Source: Clostridiales bacterium
Lineage (GTDB): Bacteria > Bacillota > Clostridia > Christensenellales > HGM11417
Reading direction: 5' to 3'
Length of the DNA stretch: 19,869 bases
Assembly (NCBI GenBank): GCA_012519285.1
Contig: JAAYQN010000024.1
Coordinates: 1 to 19,869, forward strand
A program made the translations under genes and the position numbers. Below the pieces are notes generated by a model. It was given only the letters and a program-made list of their open reading frames with translations, made no database searches and was not told where the DNA came from. Of this stretch, positions 16,096-19,869 are shown piece after piece (within the stretch, counting starts at the first letter, position 1; every line of letters starts with the position of its first letter).

Positions 16096-17802
16096 TCACA
16101 GCTTTGCCTTTTCCTCGGCGATGATGGCCTCAATTTCCGCCTCGAGCCCGGCCAGGGGGACAAGCTTTTTAAATTTTTTGTCCCTCGAGGCTATCTCGGC
16201 AAGGCCCTTTTCGTAATTCTTGGCGCCGAATATCACCCTGTAGGGAACTCCCAGCAGGTCTGCGTCGGAAAACTGCACTCCCGCCGACACCTCCCTGTCG
16301 TCATAGATGACCTCGTATCCCTTGCCCAAGAGCTTTTCATAGAACTCATCGGCAAACTTTTTCATCCCGGCGTTTCCGCCCAGCGCGCAGATGTGAATGT
16401 GCCAAGGTGCTATGGCAAAGGGCCAGATGGGGCCGTAATCGTCGTGGTTTGCCTCGACCGCCGAGGCCATCGCCCTGCCTATCCCTATGCCGTAGCAGCC
16501 CATTATGGGCACCTTCCTCTCTCCGTTCTCGTCGAGGTAGGTCATCCTCATGCTCTCGGTGTATTTTGTGCCGAGCTGGAAGATGTTGCCCACCTCGATT
16601 CCCTTCCTTATGGCAAGCTTTGCCCCGCATTTTGGGCAGCTGTCGCCCTCTCTCACTTTATACAAATCATAAAAGCTCTCGGGCGAAAAATCCCTGCCGC
16701 AGCTTGCGCCCATATGATGGTAATCTTTCCTGTTTGCGCCGCAGACCATGCCCTTGCACCCTTTTAGGCTTTCGTCAAAGAGCACGATCGCGTCGCCGCG
16801 GTTTAAACCTATCGGCCCTATAAAGCCCATCACCAGGCCGCACTCGTCGCCCTCGGCCAAAGGGAAAACGTTTTTCCTCAAGGCCTTTCTCAGCTTGGCC
16901 TCGTTGACCTCGTAGTCGCCCCTTATGAACGCCACGCAGGGTTTTTGGCTGCCTTCCACGGCGAAGGCGCACGCCTTAATCATCCTGTATGCGGGCAGCC
17001 CCGTGAATTTCTCAAGCTCGGCGATCTCCTTTACGCCGGGGGTATGGATCTCCTTGAGCGGCGAATCCTGACCCTCATTCTTTATTTCCGTTCTCGCCAC
17101 CTCGACGTTGTCCATGTAGCCGCAAGCGTCGCACATGGCTATGCTGTCCTCGCCGGCGTCGGACAGCAGCATGAACTCGTGCGCCACGCTTCCGCCCATC
17201 ATGCCGGTGTCTGAGCCCACCGCCACCACCTCAAAGCCAATGCGCCTGAAAATATTGAAGTACGCCTGTTTGCACTTTTCGTAGAACTTCGACAGGCACT
17301 CCTGACTGGTGTGGAAGGAGTAGGCATCCTTCATGGTAAACTCCCTAACGCGGATGAGCCCGCCCTTGCACCTCGGCTCATCTCTGAACTTGGTCTGAAT
17401 TTGGTATATCATAAAGGGGTAGCGCGCGTAGCTTGTGGCCTCGTCGCGAGCCATCGCCACCGCCGCCTCCTCGTGAGTCATGGCGAGCAGCATCTCCCTG
17501 CCGCCCCTGTCCTTGAACCTGAGCAATTCTTTTCCCGCGGACTGGTACCTGCCCGACTCTTCCCACAGCTCGCGCGGCAGCACGACGGGCATTAAAACTT
17601 CCTGCCCGCCTAATTTATCCATCTCCTCGCGCACTATGTTCTCTACTTTGGCGATGATGCGCTTTGCGGGCATGGTGAGCGTGTATATGCCGTTTGCCAC
17701 GTGCTTTATATACCCGCCGCGAAGCAAAAATATTTGGCTGACCACGGTTGCGTCAGCCGGCTTTTCCTTGAACCTTTCGCCTATTAAGTCGCGCAGTTTC
17801 AT
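16096..17802 (-). CDS. proS: Prolyl-tRNA synthetase (bacterial type with INS editing domain)
   Basis: About 568 aa with class II aaRS motifs, an editing insertion domain and a C-terminal anticodon-binding domain (GCYGIGIGR). Start chosen at ATG 17800-17802 (MKLRDLIG) with AAGAGGT 4-5 nt upstream. The track start at 17817 is a GTG. Confidence 0.92.
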   Translation of the reverse strand: MKLRDLIGERFKEKPADATVVSQIFLLRGGYIKHVANGIYTLTMPAKRIIAKVENIVREEMDKLGGQEVLMPVVLPRELWEESGRYQSAGKELLRFKDRGGREMLLAMTHEEAAVAMARDEATSYARYPFMIYQIQTKFRDEPRCKGGLIRVREFTMKDAYSFHTSQECLSKFYEKCKQAYFNIFRRIGFEVVAVGSDTGMMGGSVAHEFMLLSDAGEDSIAMCDACGYMDNVEVARTEIKNEGQDSPLKEIHTPGVKEIAELEKFTGLPAYRMIKACAFAVEGSQKPCVAFIRGDYEVNEAKLRKALRKNVFPLAEGDECGLVMGFIGPIGLNRGDAIVLFDESLKGCKGMVCGANRKDYHHMGASCGRDFSPESFYDLYKVREGDSCPKCGAKLAIRKGIEVGNIFQLGTKYTESMRMTYLDENGERKVPIMGCYGIGIGRAMASAVEANHDDYGPIWPFAIAPWHIHICALGGNAGMKKFADEFYEKLLGKGYEVIYDDREVSAGVQFSDADLLGVPYRVIFGAKNYEKGLAEIASRDKKFKKLVPLAGLEAEIEAIIAEEKAKL

Positions 17803-17879
17803 AAAGACCTCTTGCACAAGTTGTTTTCGTTATTACCGCTGCTTTTTGCGGTTTGCGCTTTGGCTTAAAACTTTATCCC

Positions 17880-18998
17880 TCAATCCGTAATTATCCTGGT
17901 GAAGATCATTCTGCCCGCGTTGGTCTGCAAGGTGGTTGTGACGGTCACCTCCATGGTCCTGCCGATATAGTCGGCGCCGTTTTCCACCACTATCATGGTG
18001 CCGTCGTCGAGGTAGCCTATGCCCTGGCCGTACTCCTTGCCGGGCTTGACGATGTTTATGGTCATCTTCTCGCCGGGCAGTGCTATGGGCTTCATGGCGT
18101 TGGCCAGCTCGTTTATGTTGAGCACGGTGACCTTCATCACCGTCGCCAGTTTGTTGAGGTTGTAGTCGTTGGTTATCACCTTGGCGCGGAACTGCTCGGC
18201 AAGCTTGAGTATCTTGGTGTCGATGTCGTTTATGTCGGGAAAATCGGTCTCGCTGATTATCGTCTTGACGCTTTCCTCGTTTTTGAGGGAATTGATGATG
18301 TCGAGCCCCCGCCTGCCCCTGTTGCGCTTCAGGATGTCCGGGTTTTCAACGATGTTTTTGAGCTGGTTGAGGATAAAAATGGGGATGATGAAGGTGCCTT
18401 CCAAAAATCCCGTCCTCACGAGGTCGAGTATCCTTCCGTCAATTATAACCGAGGAATCCAGGATCTTGTAATTCTCGCCGCTGATGGTCATGGAGCGGGC
18501 GTCCTTTTTGTTGACGATGATTATCTCGCCGATGTATTTTATGCCCAGCCTCGTGCCCATGAAAGAGAAAAGGATATACGTCAGCACGCTCAGCATGGTG
18601 GCGAGCGGCCAGCTGGGAATTAACTTGATGAGGTCGGAAATGAGAAATGCGACAATAAGGCCCAAAATCAGCCCGATTATGCCCGAGGTAATCTCCTTCG
18701 AGGTGTAACCCGAAAGGTTGCTCTCTATGCGGCTTCCCACCTTGAACACCCACTTTAAAACCGGAGGCGTCGAGAACAGGAAGACCAACCCCAAAAAGAG
18801 CGAGGACACCACAAATATTCCTATGGAAATGAAAAACCTGACGTTTTCGTCAAGCCCTTTGAAAAAAGGTATGGCGTCGCCGTAATTGGTGAGGAGCTGG
18901 TTGCTTATGACTATGCCAAGCGATGCCCCAAGGAAAAAGGCTATCAGCTTGGGAAGCCTGCCTCTTCCTATCCTGTCTTTGCCCTTATTGCCATCCAT
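17880..18998 (-). CDS. yacL: Membrane-anchored PIN-domain plus TRAM-domain protein (YacL-like)
   Basis: 372 aa. About 4 N-terminal TM helices are followed by a PIN-like nuclease domain and a C-terminal TRAM-like beta domain (GKEYGQGIGYLDDGTMIVVENG...). RBS AAGGA lies 8 nt upstream. Confidence 0.72.
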   Translation of the reverse strand: MDGNKGKDRIGRGRLPKLIAFFLGASLGIVISNQLLTNYGDAIPFFKGLDENVRFFISIGIFVVSSLFLGLVFLFSTPPVLKWVFKVGSRIESNLSGYTSKEITSGIIGLILGLIVAFLISDLIKLIPSWPLATMLSVLTYILFSFMGTRLGIKYIGEIIIVNKKDARSMTISGENYKILDSSVIIDGRILDLVRTGFLEGTFIIPIFILNQLKNIVENPDILKRNRGRRGLDIINSLKNEESVKTIISETDFPDINDIDTKILKLAEQFRAKVITNDYNLNKLATVMKVTVLNINELANAMKPIALPGEKMTINIVKPGKEYGQGIGYLDDGTMIVVENGADYIGRTMEVTVTTTLQTNAGRMIFTRIITD

Positions 18999-19029
18999 AA
19001 AATGAATCCTTGATTGGTAATTTGATTTA

Positions 19030-19058
19030 ATTATATAATTTTAATACTCTTAAGTCAA
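19030..19058 (-). promoter_or_regulatory. Sigma-A promoter for yacL (TTGACT-N17-TATAAT on minus strand)
   Basis: The reverse complement of 19030-19058 reads TTGACTtaagagtattaaaattaTATAAT. The TSS lies about 24 nt upstream of ATG 18998. Confidence 0.55.
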
Positions 19059-19349
19059 TTTTTTCCTTTAAAAATATCGCATTTTGCCTTTAAATACTTG
19101 TATTTTTCCCGAGCGCCGCCTTTTGCTCTCTTTCCCCCTTTCTCCTTCACAAGTAAACTGTGTATCCGGCCGCTGAAGCTTACCCGAAAAATGCATTTCC
19201 CTTTTAAAATGTTATTGTCTTATATTTTTTTATGCTTATCCACGCAAAATTTTATAATTTGTCCTCAAGAATAAAAGGGGAGTTTCGACATATATTTGTA
19301 ATGTAAAGTTTTGGTCATATTGAAAATGATGGGAAAGGGATTGGCGGAA

Positions 19350-19706
19350 ATGGCGATATGCGATACCACTTTCAACGAGCTGCGCGCCAAAGACGTTGTC
19401 AACGTGTGCGACTGCAAGAAATTCGGGCGCATAATAGACGTTGTGATAGACCTTAAGACAGGGCGGGTCAAGGGGATAATTATACCAGGCTGCAAGGGGC
19501 TGGGCATTTTCCGCCAGCCCGAGGACATCTTTATCCCGTGGAAAAATATCGTGCGCATCGGCGGCGACGTGATACTGATAGAGGTCACTGCCAAAAATCC
19601 AAAGCCCATCGGCAAGCTGTGCGATGACGACTGCAAAATAGAGTTCGGCTCAAAGAACCTCAAATTCTTTGACGACGGGTGCGACGATGAAGACGAAAAG
19701 AACTGA
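19350..19706 (+). CDS. ymxH: YlmC/YmxH-family (PRC-barrel) sporulation-associated protein with Cys/Asp-rich C-terminal extension
   Basis: The core DVVNVCDCKKFGRIIDVVIDLKTGRVKGIIIPG matches the YlmC/YmxH signature. Start chosen at ATG 19350 (MAICD), with GGGAAAGGGA 9 nt upstream. The track start at 19311 has no RBS. The tail is unusual: CDDDCKIEFGSKNLKFFDDGCDDEDEKN. Confidence 0.62.
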   Translation: MAICDTTFNELRAKDVVNVCDCKKFGRIIDVVIDLKTGRVKGIIIPGCKGLGIFRQPEDIFIPWKNIVRIGGDVILIEVTAKNPKPIGKLCDDDCKIEFGSKNLKFFDDGCDDEDEKN

Positions 19707-19712
19707 GAAGGT

Positions 19713-19869
19713 TATTGGGGAATAAATCCCTCGAAAATGATGTTGTCTACGTAGCCCTTGAGCCTGTCGTATTCCTGCTGCGAACGGAGGGTCCACGCGA
19801 GAACGACCATTCTTTTCCTTTTGCAGGCGTCGACGTACTTATTGGGCAGGTTTTCGGCGTTGTATGACA
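19713..19869 (-). CDS. Probable glycerophosphodiester phosphodiesterase family protein, C-terminal 52 aa only (5' end outside window)
   Basis: Hand-translated minus-strand frame ending at TAA (plus strand tta 19712-19714). The C-terminus reads ...YVDACKRKRMVVLAWTLRSQQEYDRLKGYVDNIIFEGFIPQ*. The V-x-WT-[VL]...GVDGIITD-like C-terminus is a weak match to GDPD. It is too short to be sure. Confidence 0.3.

Noticed and set aside
17803-17879. T-box leader upstream of proS.
   Set aside because: Only 77 nt are available before the yacL stop. That is too short for a T-box, and no specifier or T-box sequence is recognisable.
19195-19278. 27-codon hydrophobic small ORF (MHFPFKMLLSYIFLCLSTQNFIICPQE) in the yacL/ymxH intergenic region. 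I also considered a c-di-AMP (ydaO-type) riboswitch because of the GGGGAG and CCCGAA strings.
   Set aside because: There is no Shine-Dalgarno sequence. The region is AT-rich, where such ORFs arise by chance. The riboswitch resemblance is two short strings only, and I cannot fold a convincing ydaO pseudo-symmetric structure by eye.
1-19869. CRISPR arrays, IS elements, integrases, phage genes, toxin-antitoxin pairs, restriction-modification or other defence systems.
   Set aside because: None was seen. No direct-repeat arrays, no transposase or integrase-like ORFs and no abrupt compositional shifts. All genes share one codon-usage style.

Overview
This 19.9-kb window is a chromosomal, mostly housekeeping region whose gene content, gene order and codon usage (AGG/AGA Arg, ATA Ile, AAG Lys with GC-rich third positions) point to a Firmicutes/Clostridia-type genome; that assignment is an inference. 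Gene order, left to right:
- the 3' end of an RNase E/G-family gene (Zn-link CPxCxGxG present)
- a small 3-TM hypothetical membrane protein (minus strand)
- a Cu(I)-exporting P1B-type ATPase copA plus an HMA-domain copper chaperone copZ (plus strand), with no CsoR/CopY regulator gene in the window
- an nfeD (yuaF-like)-floT flotillin operon (minus strand)
- an NFACT-family ribosome-quality-control protein rqcH (minus strand), divergent from the proteostasis operon tig-clpP-clpX-lon (plus strand)
- a 226-aa sigma factor with the hallmarks of the SigI family (EAYKPFIA, SPKH and SRKLIEPYRKYIIA motifs), directly downstream of lon and with no RsgI-type anti-sigma gene after it
- thioredoxin trxA, convergent with a hotdog-fold acyl-CoA thioesterase only 3 nt away
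- a single tRNA-Pro(GGG) with a textbook sigma-A promoter and tandem terminators, convergent with the prolyl-tRNA synthetase gene proS
- a YacL-like membrane PIN/TRAM protein immediately upstream of proS on the same strand
- a YlmC/YmxH-family (PRC-barrel) protein with a Cys/Asp-rich C-terminal tail
- the 3' end of a probable glycerophosphodiester phosphodiesterase
I found no CRISPR array, no mobile element and no obvious defence or toxin system, and I do not see a clearly novel multi-gene system. The items worth a second look are small-scale:
- a triple TGTACMT heptamer and promoter-like box between copZ and the shared terminator
- a duplicated initiation region with a tiny uORF in the copA leader
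- the orphan SigI gene, with unusual upstream repeats and no terminator separating it from lon
- an 18-bp perfect palindrome upstream of trxA
- tRNA-Pro/proS colocalisation with no room for a T-box leader
- an unusual tail on YmxH
- several intergenic hairpins and a mirror repeat
Many six-frame ORFs in the track are antisense or out-of-frame artefacts of GC-rich coding sequence and were rejected.
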